Source: Bacteriovoracia bacterium
GTDB taxonomy: Bacteria > Bdellovibrionota > UBA1018 > JBFWNL01
Assembly: GCA_050251055.1 (NCBI GenBank)
Contig: JBFWNL010000004.1
Location: 160,001 to 224,000 of the forward strand
DNA length: 64,000 nucleotides
Direction: 5' to 3'
The translations under genes and the position numbers were made by a program. Positions 47,057-57,209 of this stretch are shown in pieces (position 1 is the first letter of the stretch; every line of letters begins with the position of its first letter). The notes beneath the pieces are model-generated. The model ran no database searches, had not been told where the DNA came from, and worked only from the letters and a program-made list of their open reading frames with translations.

Positions 47057-49308
47057 TGCAAAATCCACATGCCGAGGCCTCGTCTAACCCATTGTGGGAA
47101 AAGCTTTCTTTTCTTCTTTTTGGCATCACTCAAGGCCTTTGTTCCTTTTTGTTGTTTTCAATTCAACCTCTTGCGGCGCGAATGTTGCTGCCACGCTTTG
47201 GCGGCTCTCCAACCGTTTGGATTGTTTGTCTCAGCTTTTTTCAAACGATTCTTGTAGTCGGGTATATTTTTGCACACTGGATTCGAGGCCAACCGTTTCG
47301 ACAGCTCGGTGCCTATTCCTATCCCTTTCTCATTCTTTTAGGTCTTAGTTGGATATGGGTCGTGCCTCTCAGCATTATGGTAGGCGGTGAAGCGCCGTAT
47401 TCATCGTCCCTGGCCCCCTTTCATTTGCTGGGGATTCTCGCTTTTTGGATTGGGCCGCCTCTGATTATTCTGTCTTCATCTTCGCCGATGCTTCAGGCGC
47501 TGCTTGCTTCTTCTCGTCATTCGATGAGGGCGAATCCTTATCCCCTCTATTCCATAAGCAACGGGCTGAGTATTTTGGCATTGCTGAGCTATCCGATCTT
47601 GATTGAACCCTTATTGGGACTGAGAGCTCAGTATCGCTTATGGACGATGGGTCTTTCGATAGCGATTCTGCTTTTAGTCTCTTGTTTTATTTGGTCGAGA
47701 ATTTATCGAGTGCGCTCGAAGAAAGGAGTAAGTTCACGAACTTCCCGTATACAAAATTCGACTCGATCTTATCTGACTTGGATTCTTTGGGCGGCGATCC
47801 CGGCGATTTATCTTCCCGCGATCACTCTTTATTTTTCGACCGATCTTTTATCGGTTCCTCTCCTTTGGGTACTTCCTTTGTTCCTTTACTTAGCCTCGTT
47901 TGTAGTTGTTTTTTCAAATCGTTTTGAGGCGACGAAAAAAATTCTCGATTTCATTTACCGTGTGTTTGCCTTTGGGGCTCTTTTGATCCTCATCGCGCTT
48001 GTCAGTGGCATCGGGCAACCGCTTCTTTTCTTTATTCCTCTTCATTTTTCGGTGTTTTTCGTCGCTTGTCTCTATGTGCATGGAAAAGTGGTTTCCCTGA
48101 AGCCCGAGCCTCAATTTCTGACTCACTTTTATGTATCGATCGCGATCGGTGGAATGTTAGGTGGACTTTTTGTGGCTCTTGCTGCCCCCGTTTTATTTTC
48201 TGAAATTTCTGAATATCCGTTGGCCATTCTCCTGATCTTCTTCTTGAGTTGGAGTGATTGGCGGCAATTAAAGAATCTCAGCTGGCTCTCGAAACTTAAC
48301 CCTGTATTGGTCGCAGGGGTGATTTTCGGTGGGATGTACCTTATTTCAATTTCCGGATGGGAACCCGATTCACGCCTCTCTCTTTTTGCTCTCACTATTA
48401 TTCCCGGTCTTTTGACTTATCGATACGTGAAATCTCCAATCATCTATGGATTAAGTTTAGCTGCATTATTTATTCTCGTTCACTATTCAGTGTCCACATC
48501 GAGCACGACGATTCATCGATCCAGAAGTTTCTTCGGTACGGTCAAAATTATCGATGATGGAAAATTCAAAAAAATGATTCATGGCAACACCCTTCATGGT
48601 CTTCAGTCGATCGATCCGTCCTTATCTCGTAATCCCGGAAGCTATTATGCTCGATCAGGGCCCATCGGAGATATTATCGCGATGCTGCAAGAAAAACGCG
48701 TCCCTTCGAATGTTGGCGTTGTCGGTCTTGGGGTCGGGGCACTTTCTGCCTATGCCGAGAGGGGGGAGAGCTGGACTTTCTTTGAGCTCAATCCAGAAAT
48801 TTCGAAAATTGCTTATGACACAGCACTTTTTTCTTATCTGAATGAGGCGAACCGCCGTTCCTATATTCAGATTGTGCTCGGAGACGCAAGACTCACTCTC
48901 GCCTCAGAAATGGATCATCGTTTTGATCTCCTCGTTCTTGATGCCTTTAGTTCAGATGGAATTCCTTTTCATCTTCTGACCCGCGAAGCCCTCGAACTCT
49001 ATTGGCAAAAAACCAAAGCGTCTGGACTGATTGTTTTTCATATCTCCAATCGATATTTTGATTTCTCGGGCCCGCTTTCAAATCTTGCAGATTCATTCGA
49101 TGCTCAAATTCTTATACGAGATGACAAAGTGGAGAATGATGAAACGAAAAGTGGATTTAAAACAACTTCTGTCTGGGTCGTGATCTCCAAGAATGAAGAG
49201 CAGATTAAGTGGCTTCTTCAAAAAGCGGGCTGGGTTAAGTTACATGGAACTGGCGAGTTGCCGTGGTCAGATGATTATATGAATTTATTTGAGATTTTTA
49301 AACGGTGA
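47056..49308 (+). CDS. Multi-TM protein fused to spermidine-synthase-like SAM-binding domain
   Basis: LLFSIQPL..LLPRFGGSP.VW, HGNTLHG.Q, VGLGVG, FELNP, GDAR, LDAFSSD.IP.HLLT.EA, WSDDY. Confidence 0.9.
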   Translation: MQNPHAEASSNPLWEKLSFLLFGITQGLCSFLLFSIQPLAARMLLPRFGGSPTVWIVCLSFFQTILVVGYIFAHWIRGQPFRQLGAYSYPFLILLGLSWIWVVPLSIMVGGEAPYSSSLAPFHLLGILAFWIGPPLIILSSSSPMLQALLASSRHSMRANPYPLYSISNGLSILALLSYPILIEPLLGLRAQYRLWTMGLSIAILLLVSCFIWSRIYRVRSKKGVSSRTSRIQNSTRSYLTWILWAAIPAIYLPAITLYFSTDLLSVPLLWVLPLFLYLASFVVVFSNRFEATKKILDFIYRVFAFGALLILIALVSGIGQPLLFFIPLHFSVFFVACLYVHGKVVSLKPEPQFLTHFYVSIAIGGMLGGLFVALAAPVLFSEISEYPLAILLIFFLSWSDWRQLKNLSWLSKLNPVLVAGVIFGGMYLISISGWEPDSRLSLFALTIIPGLLTYRYVKSPIIYGLSLAALFILVHYSVSTSSTTIHRSRSFFGTVKIIDDGKFKKMIHGNTLHGLQSIDPSLSRNPGSYYARSGPIGDIIAMLQEKRVPSNVGVVGLGVGALSAYAERGESWTFFELNPEISKIAYDTALFSYLNEANRRSYIQIVLGDARLTLASEMDHRFDLLVLDAFSSDGIPFHLLTREALELYWQKTKASGLIVFHISNRYFDFSGPLSNLADSFDAQILIRDDKVENDETKSGFKTTSVWVVISKNEEQIKWLLQKAGWVKLHGTGELPWSDDYMNLFEIFKR

Positions 49309-49343
49309 TAGAGTGCCCTCGTCCTGCGGCATTCAATCAATTC

Positions 49344-50438
49344 TCATTTCATAAGAATCGCTAAGAGTAAGGTGAGCCCCATTGATATTGGAAGCGTCAC
49401 TATCCATGCGAACAGAATTTTTGTGAGCTCGCGCCTTTTTAAAGCGGCCTCACCTGCGCCGGTTCCAGCGATTGCTCCACAGGAAGTATGGGTCGTCGAA
49501 ACAGGTAGTCCTAGCCCCGAAGCAAAGATAACGAGACCGCTGGTTACCACATTCGTCCAAACAGAGGTGGAACCATTCATCGAAGCGATCTGAAATGAAA
49601 TTCGATCGGCAATTCTTTTTGAGTGAAGTAGGCCACCCAGAACCATCGCTATAGAAAGGGCTACAAAGGCAGCTAAAGGTAAAGCTGTTGCAGATGTGAG
49701 AAGAAGAAGGCCCGCAATTTTCGGCGCATCATTCATGGCTCGCGCAGCGCACACCGACGCTGCACTTCCGATGTGCACGATGTCTCTCGAAGGCAAACTG
49801 ATTAAACTTTTAAGACCACTCGATCGACAGTCTTCGGTTCTTCCCATCACCAAGGCCGGGAGAGCCACGACTGCCGAAGAAAATGCTGCGGGTGAGTTAA
49901 CAGCAGGAACCGTCTCCGATACGCAAAGGCAAGATTCGTCGGTCCCCCATTTGCTTTTGAATAAATTTTTAAGCAAAAAAATACCTGCAATGGCTAATGC
50001 TGCTGCTATCGCGGGGCTGAGAAGAAGGGGAACAAGGAATTTCTGAAGGAACTGCGAAAATTGAACTCCGTTACCCAGCATAAAACCAGCCGCCGTTAAA
50101 GCTCCTAAAAGAGAATGCGTTGTGGAAATCGGCATTCCAAATCGCGTGGCAAGAGCTACGGTGATCGCAGCGCCTGACGCTACAAGAAATGGAAATCGAC
50201 CATCCGATAAAACCGAGGCTGCAACCAAACCATTGCCACTAAATCGTACAGCCAATTCATGTGAAACAAGAACAGCAAGAGCGCAACCTAAGAGCGTGGC
50301 CGCACTCGCAAGGAAAAGTGCTTGTCTATAACTGAGAATCGATGAGCCGTAGAGTGTGGCTACACCTTTAAAATTATCATTAGCCCCGTTGATATAGGCC
50401 AAAAAGAAAACAGCAATGAGTGTGAGACTTTCAAACAT
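49344..50438 (-). CDS. PiT family anion transporter with Cys-containing loop
   Basis: NGANDNFKG, PISTTH, NDAPK, LPVSTTH; SCLCV loop. Confidence 0.9.
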   Translation of the reverse strand: MFESLTLIAVFFLAYINGANDNFKGVATLYGSSILSYRQALFLASAATLLGCALAVLVSHELAVRFSGNGLVAASVLSDGRFPFLVASGAAITVALATRFGMPISTTHSLLGALTAAGFMLGNGVQFSQFLQKFLVPLLLSPAIAAALAIAGIFLLKNLFKSKWGTDESCLCVSETVPAVNSPAAFSSAVVALPALVMGRTEDCRSSGLKSLISLPSRDIVHIGSAASVCAARAMNDAPKIAGLLLLTSATALPLAAFVALSIAMVLGGLLHSKRIADRISFQIASMNGSTSVWTNVVTSGLVIFASGLGLPVSTTHTSCGAIAGTGAGEAALKRRELTKILFAWIVTLPISMGLTLLLAILMK

Positions 50439-51747
50439 CGAGATGTCTCCTTAAATTGTCATTTTCTTGAATGAATTCCTCTAGATCAGATTTGATATCG
50501 AGATCGCGCGCGACTGGCAGATAGTAAATTTCTGAATTTTGTCCGATATTTTCGACTAACCGCTCGCAGGTATCGGAGCGACTATAAGGAACGGAGTTCC
50601 AAAATTGAAGATCAAGGAGGTGTCCAGAACCAAAAAGATAAAAGCCCCCGTCTTTGGCTGGACCAATCAAGGAGCTCGTTGGTTTTTTTTCTAAAAATTT
50701 AAGACCAGCTAGGATTTCTGGAATTGGAATCAGGGGCGAATCCGCTCCGACAACCACGGCGATATCGTGCCGCTCTCTGAGATTCTTATATATATTATGA
50801 AGACGATCACCGAGCGCACCCTCACCTTGCCAAATTCTTGGAAAGCAAGACCAGCGGCGATCAAGCAGAGCCTCATTCTCAGCCACTGCCCAATAGATCT
50901 GGAGCTTTCCGTTGAACTTAGCTGAGACTTTCGCGTATTCTTTCTCAACGCGTGACACACACCATTCATAAGCCCGGAGCGCTTTTTCTTCCCCAATGTC
51001 CCGAGCAAGTCTTGTTTTCACAGGGCTTAAGCCAGGTGGTTTAACAAAGATGGCAAGTCCCACTGAAGCGCTCATCTTCTCCCCAAAAAGTTCCTGCTTT
51101 GCTGTCAAAACGAGATGCCGCCAAGTGACATGCGCCCAGCCGTCTCGTTGGTATTTTCGGCTGCTTGTCAGGAGAGGAGCTCGGAGAGAGCTAATGAGTA
51201 TCCTTTTTTTTCGTGCGCTTTGGATAAAGGCATGGTCTTCTCCCGAAAGAAAATGAGTGGGAAACATTCCAAGTTCTAAAAATAAGGCTTTTGTTAAAAG
51301 AAAGCTTTGATCCCCAAAAGGCATTTTTAAAAGTCTTGAGCGAAGGTTTCCGAAGCATTCGTTAAGGCGACAAAGCCCGGGACCGTCATCACCAAACTGA
51401 AGATCAAAATAATAAATCTCCCTTTGAAGCGGATTTGCCCGTACCACCGAGACAATCGACTCAAAATTCTGAGCATTGGGTGAAGAGTCTGCATGCAGAA
51501 ACCAAATCCAATGCCCAGCAGCTTCGGAAGCTCCAAAATTTTGTTGATAAGAGCGCCCAGACTTTAGACAATGGAGCCAGCGCACACCCGAAATAGTGGG
51601 AGCTTCATTTCGTTTATTTTCGTAACTACAAATCAGAACTTCAAAATCAATCTGTCGAAGCGCGGCCGCTGAAGTAATACTTAGAATAAGATCCTTAAGA
51701 CCTCGTTCCTCGCTTTGCACTGGAATGACGATAGAGAGCTGTCGCAT
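50431..51747 (-). CDS. Fusion: TIGR04283-like GT2 plus TIGR04282/DUF2064 CofC-like transferase
   Basis: SIVIP, GR..QQN.GA, FLHADS, FGDQ, ED, TSSRKY; then IFVKPP..VKTRL, Q..G.LGDRL, GADSP, GPAKDGGFYL, DLD..SDL. Confidence 0.9.
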   Translation of the reverse strand: MRQLSIVIPVQSEERGLKDLILSITSAAALRQIDFEVLICSYENKRNEAPTISGVRWLHCLKSGRSYQQNFGASEAAGHWIWFLHADSSPNAQNFESIVSVVRANPLQREIYYFDLQFGDDGPGLCRLNECFGNLRSRLLKMPFGDQSFLLTKALFLELGMFPTHFLSGEDHAFIQSARKKRILISSLRAPLLTSSRKYQRDGWAHVTWRHLVLTAKQELFGEKMSASVGLAIFVKPPGLSPVKTRLARDIGEEKALRAYEWCVSRVEKEYAKVSAKFNGKLQIYWAVAENEALLDRRWSCFPRIWQGEGALGDRLHNIYKNLRERHDIAVVVGADSPLIPIPEILAGLKFLEKKPTSSLIGPAKDGGFYLFGSGHLLDLQFWNSVPYSRSDTCERLVENIGQNSEIYYLPVARDLDIKSDLEEFIQENDNLRRHLDV

Positions 51748-51748
51748 C

Positions 51749-52609
51749 CTACTTCCTTAAAATTTCCAAGATCGACTTCCACTCTGCAGAAATGGATTCA
51801 GGAGAAGTGAGAAGGGCATTTTTCAGAGCATTTCGGGAGGGACAAGACTCAATCAGGTTGTCCGAATACAATGGAATGAAATTTTCTATGGCCTTTACGA
51901 CAGCCGAAAGGCTCTCTTTATAGAGAGCGAAGACTTGCGATACATCAACATGTTGTGTGGGATCTTCAAGCCAACTGTCATAGTCGGTCACAATAGCCAA
52001 AGTGCAGTACGCAAGTTGAGCCTCGCGGGCTAAGAAAACCTCTGGCACATTCGTCATTCCGACAAGATGCGCCCCTAAATTTTTTAACATATGGCTTTCA
52101 GCCTGAGTTCCAAGTCTTGGGCCCTCAACGCATGCATAAGTACCATTCCTATGAAAGCTCCTGCCTAAGTTTTCAACTCGCCCAACAGCAGTATGGAGCA
52201 GATCTTGCAGAATCTTTGAGATTGGTTGAGCAGTTGCCACATGGGCGGCAACACCTTTTCCAAAAAATGTAGTTTCTCGTCGTCCTTTGGTTAAATCCAA
52301 ATACTGATCGGGGAGAACAAAGTCTCCAGGCCTGAATTCTTTACAGAGACTTCCCACCGCTGATACCGAAAGGATCGCGGTGGCGCCTAAGTGTTTCAAT
52401 CCAAAAATATTGGCTCGATAATTGATTTCATGCGGAAGTAATTTATGGCCCGTTCCATGCCTAGAAAGAAATAGAACTTCTTTTTCGCCTAATCGTCCCC
52501 GAATAAAAACTCCTGAAGGATCACCAAATGGAGTTGAAAGAGGGAGTTCTTCATCTATCTGCAGGCCTGGAATTTGATAGAGGCCGGTGCCCCCGATAAT
52601 TCCAAGCAT
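51749..52609 (-). CDS. mtnP: Methylthioadenosine phosphorylase family
   Basis: GIIGGTG, TPFG.PS, SRHG..H..P, NYRANI, AVGSL, EGPR..T.AES, VGMT..PE..LARE, VTDYD. Confidence 0.93.
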   Translation of the reverse strand: MLGIIGGTGLYQIPGLQIDEELPLSTPFGDPSGVFIRGRLGEKEVLFLSRHGTGHKLLPHEINYRANIFGLKHLGATAILSVSAVGSLCKEFRPGDFVLPDQYLDLTKGRRETTFFGKGVAAHVATAQPISKILQDLLHTAVGRVENLGRSFHRNGTYACVEGPRLGTQAESHMLKNLGAHLVGMTNVPEVFLAREAQLAYCTLAIVTDYDSWLEDPTQHVDVSQVFALYKESLSAVVKAIENFIPLYSDNLIESCPSRNALKNALLTSPESISAEWKSILEILRK

Positions 52610-53655
52610 TAGCAGCACCCTCCTGGAGAAGTATTCTCAGAACTTTTCAGGACTGAACTAGGCAAACAATCAAAAAGACCGAAATGTTTCGATTGATCAC
52701 CGAGAATAGAAAAATATTCACCGTAGCGACTTTTTGAAAGCATATCCGCCGTATTGCTACAAACGAGCATCGGGCGATTTCGCTCAAAGGTATGATGATC
52801 ATCCAATATGAAAATTTCTTCGGAATGGGGAATTCCACCTTTATAAATAGCGGCCTGCCCATAATCTTCACATCGATCCTCAAGGTCCAATTTAAAAGCT
52901 CTGATCGTATTTGAATAAAATTCGGTGGCTCCTAATTTTGCCTCCGTTGTGGGATCAGATACTTTGATTTTTGATGAAGAAACGATCCGATAATCCCGAA
53001 TTCCGAGATTTAAGAGTAGCCTTCGAAAATCTTCGAAATAGAGCGCTCCACCCAAACACTCGCCAAGAAGAACCGGATCCTGAGAGAGTGTTTCCGGAAG
53101 ACGTCTAGAAGCGAAAACATCTGAAAAGTAAAGCTCGCCTCCAGGCTTTAGCACTCGAAAAATTTCGCGAAAGACCGACGCCTTGTCTGGAGAAAGATTA
53201 ATCACGCAATTGGAAACAATGATATCAATGGAATTGTCCTCGATGCCCACATCGCGAAGATTTTCGATAAAGCCTTTTTTAAATTCGACAGCTTCCTTCG
53301 GAAAACGAAAGCGATCGAGATGTGCGGGAAGTGCTCGCTTTGCAACGGCGAGTTGTTCATCAGTCATATCGATGCCGATCAGTCTGCTCTGAGATCCAGC
53401 AAGAGCAGATAGAAGAAAAACATCTCGACCCGAGCCGCAACCCAAATCCAATATTATTTTTCCTTTGAGCGCTAGTGGAATGGGCGATCCACATCCGTAG
53501 AATTTCTCAAGCACCTCTGCAGGAATCTGAGAGAGAATCTCTCTTTGATAAGCGGGAATAGATTCACTTAAACAACAAGCGTTGGTTTTGAGATCTTGAT
53601 TTGTTTTCAGAATTTTTCCGTAATATTCTTTGACCTGTTCTGTTGTTGTTTCCAT
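52609..53655 (-). CDS. arsM: Arsenite S-adenosylmethionine methyltransferase
   Basis: NACC, FYGCG, LDLGCGSGRD, SNCVINL, GECLGGAL, CEDYGQ; TAATG overlaps on both sides. Confidence 0.92.
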   Translation of the reverse strand: METTTEQVKEYYGKILKTNQDLKTNACCLSESIPAYQREILSQIPAEVLEKFYGCGSPIPLALKGKIILDLGCGSGRDVFLLSALAGSQSRLIGIDMTDEQLAVAKRALPAHLDRFRFPKEAVEFKKGFIENLRDVGIEDNSIDIIVSNCVINLSPDKASVFREIFRVLKPGGELYFSDVFASRRLPETLSQDPVLLGECLGGALYFEDFRRLLLNLGIRDYRIVSSSKIKVSDPTTEAKLGATEFYSNTIRAFKLDLEDRCEDYGQAAIYKGGIPHSEEIFILDDHHTFERNRPMLVCSNTADMLSKSRYGEYFSILGDQSKHFGLFDCLPSSVLKSSENTSPGGCC

Positions 53656-54656
53656 TATCCATTTTCCTTTCCAGTGAGAGATCCGGTGCAAGAGCTGCCG
53701 CAACCTGCGGTACATCCGTAGCAGTGATCGTCAACGGCAATCGATGAGTCATTGAGATCCGAGAAGCTTTGAATATCCCAAATCGTTTTCATGTTTGTAA
53801 CGAGATGCGGAATATCGAGCATCTGGTTAAAATCACAATCGTAAATTCTACCGTCCCAGCTGACTGATACCAGGCTTCGACACATGATATTTTCGAGTGC
53901 CTGAGGATTAAAACTATTTCTCAGAAGTTCCAGATATTCGTTGAGTTTTCCTGAACGCCTGAGATCTTCTAAAAAGCGCTTGATGGGCATATTCGTAATC
54001 GTAAAAAGATTATCAAACTCGATGTCGAAATCTTCTTTCAATTCCTTTTTGTACTTCGTTTCGAGTTGCATCTGATCGGGAGGAAGAAATGTTCCCAGCG
54101 GATTGTAAACGAGACTCAGCTGCAACGAGCCCTTCCCATAACCTAGAGAATTGAGGCGTTTCAAGGCACGAATACTTTTATCAAAAACGCCGTTTCCGCG
54201 CTGTCGATCGACATTTTCACGCGAGTAACAAGGAAGCGAAGCAACGACATGCACTTTCAGTTTAGCTAAAAATTCCGCTGTCTCTTCCTGGCCTGGCTCA
54301 AAAAGAACAGTAAGATTGCATCGATCAATCACTTCAAGTCCTTGCCCCGAGGCAAACTGAACTAAATCTTTAAAATGGGGATTAAGCTCAGGCGCACCAC
54401 CCGTCATATCCACCGTCTCTAATTGCGGACTCTCCCTAATGAGCATCTTGATGCGTTCGACAGTTTTCGAATCCATATTTTCTCTGCGCTTGGTGGGTCC
54501 TGCTTCGACATGGCAGTGACGACACGCCTGATTACAAAGCTTTCCAAGATTGATTTGAAGAGTCATTACCTGCTCGCGCTTAGGCTCAAAACCAAGGTCC
54601 ATTAGTCGATCCTGAAAGGAGGATTGAGTTTTAATGGATTGTAAATCGATCATCAT
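53655..54656 (-). CDS. arsS: Arsenosugar biosynthesis radical SAM protein (TIGR04167-like)
   Basis: LQINLGKLCNQACRHCHV, TGGAPE, SLPCY..NVD.QRG, MCR..YDCDFNQ, HCYGCTAGCGSSC. Confidence 0.95.
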   Translation of the reverse strand: MMIDLQSIKTQSSFQDRLMDLGFEPKREQVMTLQINLGKLCNQACRHCHVEAGPTKRRENMDSKTVERIKMLIRESPQLETVDMTGGAPELNPHFKDLVQFASGQGLEVIDRCNLTVLFEPGQEETAEFLAKLKVHVVASLPCYSRENVDRQRGNGVFDKSIRALKRLNSLGYGKGSLQLSLVYNPLGTFLPPDQMQLETKYKKELKEDFDIEFDNLFTITNMPIKRFLEDLRRSGKLNEYLELLRNSFNPQALENIMCRSLVSVSWDGRIYDCDFNQMLDIPHLVTNMKTIWDIQSFSDLNDSSIAVDDHCYGCTAGCGSSCTGSLTGKENG

Positions 54657-55044
54657 GATCCCTCATACTATAGAGCACATAACATGCGGCCAGCATCGGC
54701 CAGGCAGCGAAGAAAAGCAGATTTGGATTCTGCCACGGATTTAAATATTGTTTGAATGATGAGACGGTCGAAACAAAATGAATGAGAAAGACCAGTCCGT
54801 AGGTGAATCGCTTTTGGAAGCCCACGAGAAAGGCAAGAATCAAAACCAATTCCAGAGCGCCAATGAGCCACATTGCCAGGTCCTCAAAACCGGACAGAAA
54901 ATAGAAATTCTCAAAAACTGCTTTCGCGTGAGACGGATTCACGAACTTATCGAGCGTCCACATGAACATCACTACGAACACGCCAACTCTTAGCGTGAAC
55001 AGTCCCAGGGATAGCTTTTTCTTAAGTTCAAAATCGGAATTCAT
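54631..55044 (-). CDS. DoxX-like membrane protein
   Basis: LRVGVFVVMFMWTLDKF, GALEL..LVG, LLFFAAWP. Confidence 0.75.
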   Translation of the reverse strand: MNSDFELKKKLSLGLFTLRVGVFVVMFMWTLDKFVNPSHAKAVFENFYFLSGFEDLAMWLIGALELVLILAFLVGFQKRFTYGLVFLIHFVSTVSSFKQYLNPWQNPNLLFFAAWPMLAACYVLYSMRDHDDRFTIH

Positions 55045-57209
55045 CCTCTCCTCCATTCATGAAATTTTTTCACCCAATTTAAAATTCTTTCGGGTTTGTG
55101 CGCCTGTTTCCAAAGTCCGGCAGCGTATTTATTGGCCTCAGGAAACGTCGGATAAATATGAATCGTTCCCAGAATTTTGTTGAGTCCGAGCCCATGCTTC
55201 ATGGCCAAAATAAACTCGGTGATCATATCACCGGCATGTGTTCCTACGATCGTAGCTCCTAGGATTTTATCAGAACCTTTTTTTGTGATGACTTTCACAA
55301 ACCCTTCATCTTCGGAATCAGCCATGGCACGATCGAGATCATCGAGACCATAGTGAGTCACTTCAAATTCAATTTTTTGTTCTTCGGCCTCTTGTTCATT
55401 AAGACCCACACGAGCGACTTCGGGCTCCGTAAATGTGCACCAGGGAATCACCCGATAGTCGGCTTTAAATTTCTTCAATGGCTGTAGAAGACCGTTGACC
55501 GCCGCGTACCAAGCTTGATGAGCAGCGGTATGAGTAAACTGATAGGGACCCGCTACATCACCGCAGACTAAAATATTTGGATATTTTGTTCTTAGGTACG
55601 CATCATGCTCAATGGTTCCCTTGGAGCTAAGATCAATACCCAGCTCTTCGAGTCCAAAGCCCTTAGTATTAGGAGATCGACCCAAAGCTAAAATCACTTG
55701 ATCAAAATCAAGCTCAGTAGGCCCGTTTGGCCCTTCACATTTCAATGTCCTTTTTTCATCGGGCGCTTTCAAAAATTCAAGAGCTTTATGACGGACTAAA
55801 ACGTGCATTCCCTCAGACCGAAAGACTTTTTCGATATTTTCTGACACATCAATATCTTCTCGAATCAAAAGGCGAGGCGCCATTTCAACCAACGTCACTT
55901 GAGAGCCGAGTCTTTGAAAGGCTTGAGCGAGTTCGCATCCAATGGGCCCACCTCCCAATACAAGCAAACGCTCGGGCAACTTTCGAAGCGACCAAACTGT
56001 ATCGCTGGTCAAATAGGAAATACGATCAAGTCCCAGAATTTTAGGAACTAGAGGGCGCGCCCCCGTGGCAATCACAATTGTCTTTGTCGTGAGCACACGA
56101 TCACCGACTTGAACTTCAAAAGGACTTTTGATTTTGGCCTCACCCTGGATACATTCGACACCGAGTTTCGAATAGCGCTCGACAGAATCGTGAGGTTCCA
56201 CCTTTTGAATAATCTTATGAACGCGATCCATAACTTCTTCAAAATGAACTCCCTTTGATTCCGCCTCAATTCCATAATGGCGAGCTTTTGAAAGAAGATG
56301 CTGAACCTTAGCACTTTTAATGAGCGACTTACTGGGAACGCATCCCGTGTTCAGACAATCTCCGCCCATGCGATGTTTCTCAATGAGCGCTACTTTTGCC
56401 TTAAGTGCGGCTCCAATATAGGCCGTCACAAGACCCGCAGATCCCGCACCTATGACAATGAGATTGTAATCAAATTTCTTGGGTCGCTTTGTCTTTCCAT
56501 AGATACGTCTCGATTTAAAAAATTCTAAAAGCCTCTTTGAAATCAACGGCAAAATTCCAAGAATCGCAAAGGCGATAAGAACCGAGGGGCTTAGGATCCC
56601 TGAAAGAGACTCGATTTCAGAGAGTTCCGTTCCCGCATTTATATAGGCAATAGTGCCAGGAAGCATGCCGAGCTGACTTACCCAATAGAAGTTCCACGCA
56701 CGGATAGGCGTCAGCCCCATGAGAAGATTCACAAGAAAAAAAGGGAAAAGAGGAACCAATCGAAGAGAAAATAAATAAAAGGTTCCTTCTTTTTTAAAAC
56801 CCTCCTCAAGGGTCTTTAATCTTTCTTTGAATTTACTTTGAATCCAATCTCTTAAAAAAAATCTGGAAAGAAGAAAAGCAAGAGTCGCGCCGATGGTACT
56901 TGCAAAAGATACAAGAATCACTCCTTCCACGAGACCAAAGATAAATCCTGCGGCCAGAGTCAGGACGGCTGCCCCGGGCAGAGAAAATGCTGTTGTCAAA
57001 ACATAAATGAAAAAAAAGACCGTCCGAAAAACAAAGGGGCTTTGATCCATTTGGGTCTTAAGCCAGGACTGATTTGATTTTAAAGATTCGAGATTGAGCC
57101 GAGAGAGCCAGCCCTGCTGATAAGCAATTCCAACGGCAGCAACCAAAAAAATAAAAATACCAATTTTAATGAGCCGATTACGATTTCCTTTACGATTATT
57201 TGCTATCAT
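55041..57209 (-). CDS. DedA/TVP38 domain fused to pyridine nucleotide-disulfide oxidoreductase
   Basis: LPGAAVLTLAAG, LRLVPLFPF, GMLPGT; GAGSAG, GGDCLNTGCVPSK, GGGPIG, HIYPT. Confidence 0.92.
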   Translation of the reverse strand: MIANNRKGNRNRLIKIGIFIFLVAAVGIAYQQGWLSRLNLESLKSNQSWLKTQMDQSPFVFRTVFFFIYVLTTAFSLPGAAVLTLAAGFIFGLVEGVILVSFASTIGATLAFLLSRFFLRDWIQSKFKERLKTLEEGFKKEGTFYLFSLRLVPLFPFFLVNLLMGLTPIRAWNFYWVSQLGMLPGTIAYINAGTELSEIESLSGILSPSVLIAFAILGILPLISKRLLEFFKSRRIYGKTKRPKKFDYNLIVIGAGSAGLVTAYIGAALKAKVALIEKHRMGGDCLNTGCVPSKSLIKSAKVQHLLSKARHYGIEAESKGVHFEEVMDRVHKIIQKVEPHDSVERYSKLGVECIQGEAKIKSPFEVQVGDRVLTTKTIVIATGARPLVPKILGLDRISYLTSDTVWSLRKLPERLLVLGGGPIGCELAQAFQRLGSQVTLVEMAPRLLIREDIDVSENIEKVFRSEGMHVLVRHKALEFLKAPDEKRTLKCEGPNGPTELDFDQVILALGRSPNTKGFGLEELGIDLSSKGTIEHDAYLRTKYPNILVCGDVAGPYQFTHTAAHQAWYAAVNGLLQPLKKFKADYRVIPWCTFTEPEVARVGLNEQEAEEQKIEFEVTHYGLDDLDRAMADSEDEGFVKVITKKGSDKILGATIVGTHAGDMITEFILAMKHGLGLNKILGTIHIYPTFPEANKYAAGLWKQAHKPERILNWVKKFHEWRRG

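Noticed and set aside
53655-53730. Selenocysteine in the ArsS C-terminus (and in the glutathione peroxidase)
   Set aside because: Relevant codons are TGC/TGT; no in-frame TGA
55041-57209. Mercuric reductase merA
   Set aside because: No C-terminal Cys-Cys or NmerA domain; lies in the ars operon with a DedA fusion
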